Assembly (NCBI GenBank): GCA_950097015.1
Contig: CATNEN010000038.1
Span: forward strand, 20,894,001 to 20,958,000
From: Macrostomum hystrix
Taxonomy: Eukaryota > Animalia > Platyhelminthes
Direction: 5' to 3'
DNA: 64,000 bases
Under the pieces are notes generated by a model. It searched no databases, had not been told where the DNA came from, and saw only the letters and a list, made by a program, of their open reading frames with translations. Below, piece after piece: positions 50,322-62,237 of this stretch; position 1 is the stretch's first letter; every line of letters starts with the position of its first letter. Made by a program: the position numbers and the translations under genes.

Positions 50322-53300
50322 TAAGCTTTAGGTTCAGTCAGCATTTAAGACAGTAAACTAAACATTTCCATGACAGTCATGTGACTGGCTTCCAAAATCT
50401 ATATGTAAATTAAAATTGAAATATAGTATAAAATTAAGCATAACAATACTAAGATCATATCCTACTCATACTTTCTATATATATACTTTTGTATCAATTG
50501 TATTTGTATTCCTAAATCTTTCTTTGTCTTTGACAAATGATTGTTGACACTACATTAAGGGAATTTTAATTTCTTTATGATTTTAGGCAACTAAAATCTG
50601 AGCTATTTTATGTGGCAGTACTGTGCTAGATGCTTGTTTTAATTTATATCAGACATTTTTTACCTTTTAATTTAATTTGTTTTGAAATATAATTTTGATC
50701 CAACTCTGCCACAGCCATTATAGCTATATGCAATAAATAATGTATTGCTTTAAATTTAAATAAAAAGTTTTCCTGTTTTAGACCTAGTCTGGTTTTTAGA
50801 AGGCACTTGTTTGTGGGCCTTAAGCACTGCCAGTTTCTTGCTTAGGCCTACTAGTTGGGGCTTTGTATGCTAGGGCCTAGTGCAATGGGGTTTGAACAGT
50901 TACAAATGCTATATGAGGCTATGTGGGCATAGTTTGGGTTTCCTACTCTAAATTATTTCAATGCATTTTAACACACTCTTAATTAGGCCCCTACCAATCA
51001 TTGGGACCCTAACAACCCAGAGAGCAACACAGAATGATCAAAGGTATCTGGGCTCTCTTAAATTCCAAATTTTGCACCATATATGAAACTGGCAACAACT
51101 TGTACGAGATGTGCCTCTAGGAATTCATCAGGCAACAAGTTTTCCCCAAGCATCAGTTTGGCAATATCTTGTATTGGATTACACATTATTTTATATTATT
51201 TTTATTTGACTTTATTGCCATGACTTGACTTGCTCCTTAGACTCAGAGGCCTCTGGGTCCCATTGATCAGTAATTAATGAGATTTTTATGTGTAAAATAG
51301 TTCAGAAGGGGAAACCAAAACTATGCTGCTTATGTCTGTGATTGGTGTAAACAACAATGGCATATCCAAGAGAGGATAGGGGATACTCTCCATTATAGGC
51401 AATCTGTCAAAATCTTCCTTTAAATTTACTAAGAGTGAATAATCAGCAGCGTGCAGCAAAGTCAGAGTAAAGGGCAAAAACAAAATTGAAAAAAAAATTT
51501 ATAGCCTACCCTAAGCTAAATCCTGATCCTGGTACCAACAGTAGTTGGTACCTGGCAACCAACTACTGTTGAAAATAGATAACTAAAAAATAAGAAGCAA
51601 AAGTCATAACAATTTCTAAGTAAGCCTAGGTAGGCAGGCCCAGGCCTTTATAATATTATAACAACATAGGCAAATGAAAAACTAAAATCACTTTAGCTAG
51701 CTTAGCTAGGCCTCTATGTTTTAAATTAAACTGAATGCTGAAGCCTTTTGAAATTTATGTCATTATTAAATGAGTTTCCTAAGAGAAAATGCTTTCGTCT
51801 AATTAAAAAAATATATAATACAATAGCTTGCAGCTAGGCATCTACATGAAAAATCACAATGTGCGTTATGTACAAAGTGGCCAACTAACTTTATCATATC
51901 AAGATTGGCAGATTGATTTAGACACAGGCCTACAGTACTTAGAACATAATAATTTGCTATTCGATGAATCCAGTAGTTTAAAATTATATGTGACTCATTA
52001 ATTAGGATCAGACAACAAAACCAGCTATGTGTAACCTGATCGTAAGAGAGCGACACGAAACCGTGAAATTACGAGAGAATTCACTAGACTTTCGAATCGA
52101 CTTAGTGTGAAATTAAGATGCACGAAATTAACTTTCCGGTGTTTTTTATTGAAGCTTTGCTCAAGTCTTTCAAAAACCCAAAAAGGTTGAAATTCAATAA
52201 AATTAATGAATGACCAGACTATGAATGAATGAATAGACTTTAGGTAACGTTTCAAAATATACTATATTCGTTTCTTCCGCTTTCTCCAATTATTGTACAT
52301 AAAAACTATAACATTACATTAGGGTCTAATGAATCATTTGCACTTAAAGTCAGAATAATATAGCATAAAATACCGCGCTATCACTCCTAAGGTTCAGTTC
52401 TCGACCCATATCACGACCACATCCATCAATTTTGGCACACTTTCGGCGTTGTAATTAGTTCGAACCCGGATAGTGATTCACAGTGATTCTACAAGATTGC
52501 ATGGACATCCCCTTCAAATCAACGATCAGTCGTTGGGGGAGTCTGAGCACGGATGATAGCTTGGCTGGGGAACTTAAGCAGAGATTAGTTTATTCCGATC
52601 CCCTTGCTATTTCAGGTAGACATCCGAGCCTGGCTTTGCGGCCGAAATTCGTTTGCCTGTGTGTATGAGCACATGCACCGCTACCCGCACAAAGATGCGG
52701 GTAGCGTTGGCGCTCTTAATTCACGTGTGGTGGAGTAAGCGCAGCGCGACAGTGTTTTTCTCGCGGAGGCCTAAACGTAGTTCAGTTTGTGACCATAGGG
52801 TTGGACGTTTTGGAGAGGCAGGCCTAATTGGGTAATGGTGTCAGCCATGGACAACTGCTTCCGTATAGCCACACCCAACACAACCAGCTAGTTAAGGCAT
52901 GCGATTAACTTCTTGGGTCGATGATGTCAACCAGAAGGAGCTATAGCTCTTCATAGCTAGTTCTTCATAGCTATGCGGATGATTTCGCTGTTGCCTGAAG
53001 TATTCTAAGGCGCCCAACGCCATGCAGCTGGACAGCTGATTGGCGTTACACTGAGCGTCGCCCTAGCTGGTAGTCCACACAAGGAAAGCTGTCGTGCTTT
53101 GGCATGCCGGGCAATAAATACTGCAGCGGAGCTTCCGTACAATATATTGTTCGTCAACCTCAGCGGTCTGCGTTGTCAATGGGATAGCATGGTTGTCAAG
53201 GGAATAGCATGAGTTGTACTCAATATGATAGCATATGGGTTGTCAATAGAATAGCATATGGGTTGTCAATAGGATTTATTATAAATTTTCACTGGGATAG

Positions 53301-53724
53301 CATGAATTTCCAAGGGGATAGCATGATATGTCGAGAGTATAGTTATAGTACAATTGCTGCAGATAGCATGTATATCCTTTGCCATATCCAATTATGAAAA
53401 AAGGCTCCTAAAGTTCTTACAAAGTTCTCTGCATGATGTACTCAATAAACTTCGTCTAGTATTGGTTTCTGCATGCTAAGTGAGACTTTTTTCAAGCAAT
53501 CTGAGTATATTATACTAAATACGGCACACCAATAGTACTCTGACGAGTACTTTTAATAAACTCGAAAAATAAACCTTGACCATAGAATGAATTTATACAG
53601 CTGTTTCAATTCTAATCTGTACGTTGCATACTTAAGCGGTGCTAAATATAAGAGTAATAAATATTCGATTATTCATCTTTCATCCTAAATAGACAATCGA
53701 TAGTGCCGAGTGTGCTACCCAGAA

Positions 53725-54240
53725 ATGGCGGCAAAAGAAGCTAGATTTCAGAAAGAAGAATGCGAACTTCAGTTGACTCCAACAAAATTAACTCCGACAA
53801 TGGTCGAATCGGTTCAACAACAGCCCGAGAAGCGCAATGACAATAATGCTGAGCTGATTGTTCTGCAACAACAGAGAAACAATAGCACAATAGATAACAA
53901 TGGCATGCCTGTTCAAACAACCGATGCCGCAACGGCCGTTGTTCCGGCGTCCGCCGAAGCACCCAGGGTCCTCGACGCCAAGACTATTGCTAAAAATGCT
54001 GCAGCGACAATTATTGTTAGCCACGATCAGGGCAATGCGAAAGCTGTCAGCAATGCTGTCGCTGTTGATACCAACGCCTGTTTGCAGAATTCCTTGGAAC
54101 AAATGCAGCTGTATTTTAAAGAGATGGTCGACCTAATTCTTGGCAAACTTGACGAAATGAACAATCAGATTGAAGAATTGGAGAAAATACTAATGGAGAC
54201 ACAGCCCGCGCCATTAATGGAGACACAACTAAAGGAATGA
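53725..54240 (+). CDS. HSBP1 (heat shock factor binding protein 1)-domain coiled-coil protein with long N-terminal extension, 171 aa, single coding exon
   Basis: Uninterrupted ORF from ATG 53725. C-terminal LQNSLEQMQLYFKEMVDLILGKLDEMNNQIEELEKIL follows the HSBP1 heptad pattern ([34 protein letters not shown] in vertebrates), recognised by eye. Confidence 0.72.
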   Translation: MAAKEARFQKEECELQLTPTKLTPTMVESVQQQPEKRNDNNAELIVLQQQRNNSTIDNNGMPVQTTDAATAVVPASAEAPRVLDAKTIAKNAAATIIVSHDQGNAKAVSNAVAVDTNACLQNSLEQMQLYFKEMVDLILGKLDEMNNQIEELEKILMETQPAPLMETQLKE

Positions 54241-54524
54241 TTTCACCTGCTAAATTATTCATTCTCGTCTTTTTAAAGTACATTCTACTAAATTATTGCC
54301 GGTTTAATCTAGCGCCTAGGCATTACTATTATTTTAATAAGTTTTAGAAAGTTAGTAAATTAAAATGTCTACCCGCTTATTTTTACAACTGTACCACCAA
54401 CTTAAGAAAGGGACTGCATACGTACTTTTATTGAAGTAGAGCAATTGTCACTCATTACGTCTTTCTTTAGCGAAATATATTAACTTGTAGTGCTAACTTA
54501 CAAACATGTCACTTTTTCAGCTTT

Positions 54525-55075
54525 CCGGGAGAGAGAAGGAGACAGAGAGGGGAGAAAGATGGAAGAAAGGGAGGAGAGGGGGGAGAAAGAAGGGTGGGAA
54601 GAGACAGAGAGGGGGGAAAGAAGGATGGGAAGAGACAGAGAGGGGAGAAAGAAGGATGGAAAGAGACAGAGAGGGGAGAAAGATGGAAGAAAGGGAGGAG
54701 AGGGGGGAGAAAGAAGGGTGGGAAGAGACAGAGAGGGGAGAAAGAAGGATGGAAAGAGACAGAGAGGGGAGAAAGAAGGGTGGGAAGAGACAGAGAGGGG
54801 AGAAAGAAGGATGGAAAGAGACAGAGAGGGGAGAAAGAAGGGTGGGAAGAGACAGAGAGGGGAGAAAGAAGGATGGAAAGAGACAGAGAGGGGAGAAAGA
54901 AGGGTGGGAAGAGACAGAGAGGGGAGAAAGAAGGATGGAAAGAGACAGAGAGGGGAGAAAGAAGGGTGGGAAGATCGACAGAGAGGGGAGAAGAGAGGAC
55001 AGAGGGGAGAAAGAAGGATGGAAAAACACAGAGCGGAGAATGAAGGGAGAGAGGGGAGAGAGAAGAATAGGCAGA
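54525..55075. repeat. Purine-rich 31-bp minisatellite (GAGACAGAGAGGGGAGAAAGAAGGATGGAAA)
   Basis: Between the convergent HSBP1-like and IQCE 3' ends. Confidence 0.94.
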
Positions 55076-55860
55076 GGCACTAAGAAGAGAGAACTATAAG
55101 GTAAGTTAGGATATAATGTAAGATAGATCAAATCAGATTCAGTACATTATTTGAGACGTGCTCAAGGGCTTTAATTTAAATACAGAATTCCACAATAAAT
55201 GAGATACAGCCGTGTATTTTTGTCAGACAGTTATGCAATCGCAAGTTCACACAGATTCAGTTAATTATAGCATTTTTTAGATAAAAAAATACTTTATATA
55301 GAATATCATTATACATAGATAGACAAGAAATAAGTAGAAAGATTGGTTCTGTGTGTGCATAGTAATCAGGACGTGTAATAAAAAACTCACTGACAGTTAA
55401 CTAGATATTTATAATTGATTAATTCCTTTTCTATTTTTTATTTTTTCTTTTATCTGTCTGATTAAGGGCTAGAAGACAAAAGATATTTTATTATCTTCTG
55501 ACATGTTCCTATTCAGCTTTGTTCAACCCGTAGAAAAATTACCTAAGTAGTATCTAAAACAAATGAAGAATTACATTTTTATAATCAACGGGGTTCGACA
55601 CGAAAACATTGCAGCAGCATTTTTGTCCATTTTAGCTTAACTACTACCAGAAGAAGTAAAAATTTAAACACGTTTAAAAACGCTCTCTAGACACACTACT
55701 ATAAGTAGAAATCATAGAAAATATTAACGACGGAAATGACAGAATGCGTAAAAAATATATCTTAAAATCAATCTACACAGCTTTTTCAAAAGTGATAAGT
55801 TTGTCCTGACAAAAAGGAGTTTAAAATCAGCGTGTAGACAGGGCTGAAGTCATGCGTCAC

Positions 55861-58800
55861 TCAGTCAACCAGGACATCCTCGTCGTCGTCGAACGAGCGT
55901 CGTCCTCTGGCGCTGGACGTGTCGATTGGTCGGCCCTGTCTGACGCTGCTTCGTCGACCAGTGGACGCTTGAACTGCGGTAGAAAATTGACAGATGAATA
56001 ATGACAGTTGTAAAGCTCAATGTAAGCTTGTTCCGAAAGTCCGCGGAAAAGGTTGTTTTTTTCTAAGATATAGGTTCAATCTAACATTTTTATGGCATCT
56101 TTTTACTACAATGAAAAAAGCAAAAATATAAATTTAAAGTTGTCGTTTTTTCTAAGAAATCGATAGATTTTAACAATACTATTTCCGGCATATTTTTACT
56201 GCAAGACACAATGACTTTGTTAAAACTGTGGAACGCTTTGTTAAAATCAATGCAATATTTTGTTTAAATTAAATAAATAACGGCTCCGAATTCAAACCTG
56301 TCGCGCTGCCCGCAGCTGTGCGCCTGCTGTAGCTGGACGAGGCGTCGTCTCCGGCGCCCTGCTGACTGCGCGAGTTGCTGCCCGACCGGGGCCGACGTCG
56401 AGGAATGTCGTCATCGTCGGCATCGTCGTTCCGAATGCCGTCATCGCGTTGCCTCGACAAACTGCCGGGACGCCTAATCGGTAGATCGTCTGATTCATCG
56501 CTAGCGAAGCGATCCTGACGTCGCTGCTGCTGCTGCTGCTGCTGTTGCTTGTCGCGGTTCAGGAAGTCCTGGCGTGCCTTGTGACCACGCAGTACCGACT
56601 GCAGCTTCGTGACCGCCTGCGAGTTTAGAATTATGTTTTATCGGCACAAAGTTTGGTTAAACCAAGGACCACTAGGAGTGGAAGGACACGAAACTACGTT
56701 TCTTAGAAAGAAATTTTAGAGGCTGGTTTCCGAGAAAAAAGCACGACACAGATAAGAAAATTTCACTTTTTCGTATTTAAATGATGAAATTATAAGTTAA
56801 ATATATTATTTCCGATAACTTCATCTTCCATACTATCTTCTTTACTATACATTTATTCATAAAATTTGCAGGGTCTAATTTAGCATTTAAACAAATAAAC
56901 TTTATCAGTGACCAGAGAGAAAAATTGCACTGAAAGTTTCGGGAGTTTCAGGAGAAGAAGAAAAAAAATTGTGTTTTCAAAAAAATTCGGTCACTAAATT
57001 TTGCTGAAAGATATTTTTCCTATCAACGTAGTGTGTTTTTCGGCTAAAACCAGCCTATTAAACATTTTCTAGGAAACTTAGTTCTAAGAAACGAAAATTC
57101 GGTCAGTCAAGTTTTTCAATGCAAATTAATGGCACACCTCTTCCTCCTTCATGCGATTTCTGAAACGCAATTAAAAAACGGACTATTAAAATTTCAAATA
57201 TTTAACAGAGAGAAAATTTAAAGGTAAATTATTGTAATTGCTTACCCAGCTTCACGATTTTTACCTGACCCAGGCCTGCAAACCAAATGAGATGAGTCAA
57301 TTAAATATACAATTTTTAAATTGGTGCCAAAGTGGAAACCTATAGCTGTCTTGAACAATTCGCGCCAGTTTAAAAATAGCATCGCACCTGTCCGCCCGAA
57401 CAGAACTTCGCCTGCTTGCGGCCTGCGGTGCAGTCGGCACCGCCTCTCTACCAAAGTCGTCTCTGACACCGCCGGGTCCTGGCGAAGCGGCCCTAAAGGC
57501 GCCGATGCCACCAGGTCCGCCACCTGAGGCCCTCAGCTTGTCCACCTCTTTAGACAGGCCGGCGTTTTCAAAGTTTAATCGTTCGATGTCGCGCCTGTTA
57601 AGAGTCGAGAATCGGTTTGAACTAAATGCTTGTCTCATTGGTTACGTAGATTGCACCCACCTCTATCCCCAGTGTACGCAGATTGAACCCACCCCCTCCC
57701 CCAGTGTACGCAGATTTCACCCACCCCCTCCCCTAGTGTGCGCAGATTTCACCCACCCCATCCCCCACTGTACGCAGATTGCACGCACCCCCTACCCCCC
57801 GCTTACTTGGCCTCCTGTAGCTGCAGCTTGTAGGAGTCGCGCTCCTCCATCAGTCTTTTATTGGCGTCGGTTCTGGCGGCCAGTTCGCTTAGCAATTCAG
57901 TCTCCCGTCGGTCTAACAATTCTAGTTTCTCGCGAACATTTCCAGTCGGAGAGATTTTACTCTTGGCGATGTCTTCGCTGCCCACGGGCGCCACACGCAG
58001 CCTGTCGTTCTCCTGTTCCAGAAGGCGAATCTTGCTCAGCATCTGATTCCGATTCAAATCCCGGTAGGACTCTATAAAATTTAGGCGACAATTTGCTAAA
58101 TTACTAACTACACTACTGATCAGTAGGCTGGTGAGGACAAAAGACTGGAAACGCACCAGGAATAACCGTGGTGCCTTCCAGCTCATCAAGGCGTTCAAGT
58201 AGCGAAGCTTCCTGCTTCTTCAGCTGGGCGTTCTCGGCCGCCAGTGCATTCTTCTGGTCCGTCACTTTGCGCAGGGTCGCCGCCAGGGCGTCCAATTTCT
58301 GAGCAGCTTTCTTTGGCGTTTGCTCCTGCTCAAATAGTTTTACAAATAAAAAAAAATTTAGGGATTTCTGTCTCTTTCGACCATTCGGTATGACTTTCTA
58401 ACGATGAGTTAGAATTTCTGTCTCCTTATTGATGATTTGTGATTTTAGTCCTTTTTTATAATTGTTATCTTCTTCGATTTTTAGAACGTTGATCTAATCT
58501 GATTAATCAATCAATCAATCAATCAAACCTGATCAGCGGCACCGCCCGCCGGCTCATTGGAATAAAGAACATCAGCAGGATTGGCGCTACGTAGGCGGAC
58601 AATCTCCTTGTACAACACCTCCAGTTGGGTCTTCATCTCCGCAGTCTTGGTCACCTTCATGTCGCTCTGGAGTTTGCTCAACGCCGCCTCTTTGTCTCTG
58701 AGCTGTTGCTCGAGTTTAAAGATTCTCTGCTTCAAACTCTGCACCACCAGGGCGGTCTCGCCGTTCTTGTCTGAGAGAGCTCGTCGGAGCTCGGCATTTT

Positions 58801-59936
58801 TGGTCGGATCGAACAGCGACTCGAGCTGCTTCTCGCGCTTCAGATAATCTTCTTCTAGTCGGCGGTTTTTCGACTTCATCGAGCTCATCTCGTCGCGTAG
58901 GGCCTTGAGCTCCTGGGCGGATGAGCGGAATGTCCATTTGAGTTTGAGTTGATGAAGTCTCTAGGCTTATTTCTGTATACGTAATCTTATAGCGACACAT
59001 GACGATATAGTACCCAGCTAATTCTGCCAATTTCGCTGACTCCTGAGCACACACGCACACAAATACTGTACCCAGGCGCACGCTCAAACACGCCCTGACT
59101 TTCTCATTGTCAGGCAGTTGTACACTCTCACTGTGCCTTGGAGGTTGGTCCTCGAGGGCGTAAATTGCACGACAAGCCGCCAAGCCTTCTCTTCGCGGCT
59201 GCGCCCCAAATAAATGTGGCCTCGCCGTGGAATCGAACTTAGGGACCGTGGTGCGAGAGGCAAACGCGTTAACCACTCTGCCACCGACCCCCTGAAGCTA
59301 GAGAAACAGGCTCCTGAATATTATATGAAACTGCTTTAACTCACACAGGTACGAAACATTATGAAACATTACCGCATAGTCTTTAGTCTACACTAAGTCT
59401 ACCGCATTACCGAAAATTCTGATAAATCTCCTAATGAGATTCGCGGATTTTAAACTGAAACCCAGCCTTACTCTTTTCAAGGCGATAACCTCGTCGTAGT
59501 ACTCTTCGGCTGATTTGTAATTCGGCCGGCCAGTCACGCCGCCGCTGTTGCCACCAGCCCTGCCGCCCGATGCCGTCTCTGGCCTTGGTGTGACCTTTTC
59601 AGTTCCGGCTACCTGCCTCAGGTAGTGCGAGGTGCTTAAATAGCCGACATCCTTCTGGCCAGATAGCTTCAAATTGGTGAAGCCGGTGAGGTCAGACTGT
59701 TGACCGCCGGTTGCTAGGGTTGAACAAGGCGTAAAGCTTTTAGTTAAACACCTTTAGTAAATTGCATATTTTTCTTACTTGAATTTTTTCACATAAGACC
59801 ATTATAAGTATCCACATTTTCACTCTTCACACTCACCTGTTCCAGTTTTGCCCTCTTTCATAGCCAACAGCCATAGCTGCCTACTCGATGGCTCAGTTTT
59901 AGGTGGTCGAACTGGCTTTTTTCGTTTCTGTTCCAT
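55861..59936 (-). CDS. IQCE: IQ domain-containing protein E-like coiled-coil/IQ protein, ~606 aa, 9 coding exons
   Basis: Exons 59936-59837, 59713-59472, 58912-58529, 58325-58157, 58071-57807, 57594-57388, 57159-57138, 56616-56298, 55973-55861; GT-AG, phase-consistent, 1821 nt. YKSAEEYYDEVIALKR...KNRRLEEDYLKREKQLESLFDP...VVQSLKQRIFKLEQQLRDKEAALSKLQSDMKVTK resembles the IQCE N-terminal coiled coil; IQ motif AVTKLQSVLRGHKARQ. Confidence 0.85.
56693..57093. mobile_element. Degenerate MITE-like element with ~75-bp imperfect terminal inverted repeats, in IQCE intron 7
   Basis: Left ACTACGTTTCTTAGAAAGAAATTTTAGAGGCTGGTTTCCGAGAAAAAAGCAC; reverse complement of right end ACTAAGTTTCCTAGAAAATGTTTAATAGGCTGGTTTTAGCCGAAAAACACAC; AT-rich interior; no TSD resolved. 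Confidence 0.6.
57640..57800. repeat. 32-bp short tandem array (~5 degenerate copies, GTACGCAGATTTCACCCACCCC...) in IQCE intron 5
   Basis: CGCAGATT recurs with 32-bp spacing. Confidence 0.85.
59021..59292 (-). mobile_element. tRNA-derived SINE (family A), 3'-truncated, in IQCE intron 2
   Basis: GGGGTCGGTGGCAGAGTGGTTAACGCG ... AAGTTCGATTCC; body aligns by eye with the 25.6-25.9 kb copy (GGGGCGCAGCCGCG, CTTGTCGTGCAATTT, GAGAGTGTACA). Confidence 0.82.
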
Positions 59937-62237
59937 CTGAAATGTATTTTTGTTATTATTAATCTTAACTAAACTGTATCTTTACACTGCTGGTCCCCAT
60001 ATAAAATGGAATTAGAAAATTAGAAATTAAATTAGAAAGGCTCATTTAATATTATATACTAATAAAATTAAAATCTTATATTAAAATGATAATATAGGAA
60101 TGTTCAAAAAATTATTCATCGTGACACCTACATACATAAATTAGCAAATTTGGCTTTTCAATACTTATGCTCAAGTTTTGTAGATTAACATTGAAGGTAA
60201 AATGAAAGCTGACAAAATAAAAATGAATAAGTCTGAGAAGCTCCAAAAAATTAAATAGGCTAATTGCAGTATAAGGAACCTAACTAAGCTAATTTAGTGC
60301 TTTCAGCTAGAAAACATGTTAAAGATACGAGCTAACTATATTAAGAGAATATAGACGAAAGGTAACAATTTTATTGTCTTCATAAAAAACAAAAACGTGA
60401 CAAACCATGGACTACCTTCCTTGATTATCTATTTTATTTGTTATAATCTCCATTATCTAAATCTAAAATAATAATCAACATACTACTTTTTATGATTAAT
60501 ACATTTGTAATTTACTGTTTCCTCAAGCGAGCTACACTACTTTAATTATCTATTATAAATTATAAATAAACCGCAATTAGCAAGTATCATAAAATTGTTC
60601 TATCGTAAAGTGCTTCGTATCTATCATTTAACGATTTAAAGCTACATATTTTCCAGAAGCTAAATAGACCACTGGGTGTACTTCAAGCGTGCAATCTTAA
60701 TATATCTCAACACGGCGAGCGGAAAAGAACGAATTCTTAAAAATCGAAAGTTTTTCATATACCATTATTTACCGTAGGATTTTGTGCCAGGTAGCTATAA
60801 TTCTAATACGTAATCGATAAAGTTTTTTAAATACATAGTTGTGTATATTTCGTGTTTTTAATGCTGTAATTAAAAAAAGCGGCATATTTTTTTGTTAGGA
60901 ATTGTTACTGACATTTGTTTCCGGAACGTATAAAGTGCGCGAAAAAGATGTTCGCAAGAAAAATACATTTTTATTTTTGAAAGCAAAGAAAAAAACGGAC
61001 CCAATTGACCCAAATAATATCATGAACATATTTTAGGTATATCATCCACAATACATAAAAAGTGCGAGTATACTAGTTTTCATTGAGTGAGGGCCGTGCT
61101 ATACACAACGATAAGAAGAGAACTATAACGTCCGTTTACTTGGCCAACATCCTTTATTACTATAGTTTTTTTATAATTAGAATGTAAGAAAAAGAAAGAA
61201 AGTATCATCCGTATCTAATTTTACGAGTGAGAACAAAATATAAGTGATTAAAATTGAATGAAACGTCAAGTTTCGTCAGGTTTTCGTGAAACCTACTCAC
61301 TCAAGAAACCCAGATTTAAATGCTTAAGTCTTTTTTGTCGGTATAGTTTATGTAGATGAGAGTAGAAAGAACAAAAAAGCCATTGATAATTTTTCAAGAA
61401 TAAATATCAAATTATTCAGGGCACACCCAAAAAGCAGCAGTGCTAATGCGTCTGCTCTGTAGCACTCGCCATTATCTCAACTTTCTGCATCTCTGCATTC
61501 AGCTAAGCTCGTATCTTAAAAGGCGTATTTCTGAGCATGAATTGCCTTGCACTAAAACTAGAATTTAACGAATGTCAGCGACACGAGCATGTGCTCTCAG
61601 TATCTCGACTCCAGAGGTGCATCAGTGCAAAGTAGAGCTGAACAGATGACGAACAATGAACCCATGCAGCTCGTACACTATAAAGCTTTTTCCTTTCAGA
61701 CAAATACACTGGCACAATGCCTGAGGCTGAATCAGGCTTTTACAGGCTCAATTTTCATTCCTACTCTTTTAATTCTTTTCTCTCAAACCAGTGTCTAAGA
61801 TTTACATCAGAAACAGAAAGTAGTAGTAAGTACTAGCAGCAGCAGCAGCAGCAGCAGGCAAGTCCGTTTCAGTGCAGCACAAGCTAAAAGCTACCCCTGA
61901 AAACTGCACCCTTCCCAAGAAAGATAGATCTTCTGTAAAAGAAGCATTTTTCTTCTCGGCCTTTGCCCTTCTGTCTCTACTTCTTTTCTTTTCATTTTTT
62001 TGTTTAAGGTGGCGACCGCCATCAATTTCGCCGGTAAAAAGCCTTGTCCTCAGAAAGTAAAAGAGAGAAGACAAAAGATATTTCTGACGGAGTCCAAATA
62101 GATATCATTTGATTGTATTCGCATTAGATTCGCATTAACGAAACAATCATTAAGGCATTTCATTTGAGTCCTTCTCTGAATGAAACAGGTCGGGCTGTAA
62201 GAGAACATAGCTGTTTGCTAGTCGTTTGTAGTTGGCT

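Noticed and set aside
53535-53575. Hammerhead ribozyme-like CTGACGA...GAAA (also CTAATGAGTCCC at ~2495)
   Set aside because: Stem II and stems I/III cannot be formed around the core.
54490-55131. Charged Glu/Arg/Gly-rich ~200-aa ORFs
   Set aside because: Purine-rich 31-bp repeat open in multiple frames.
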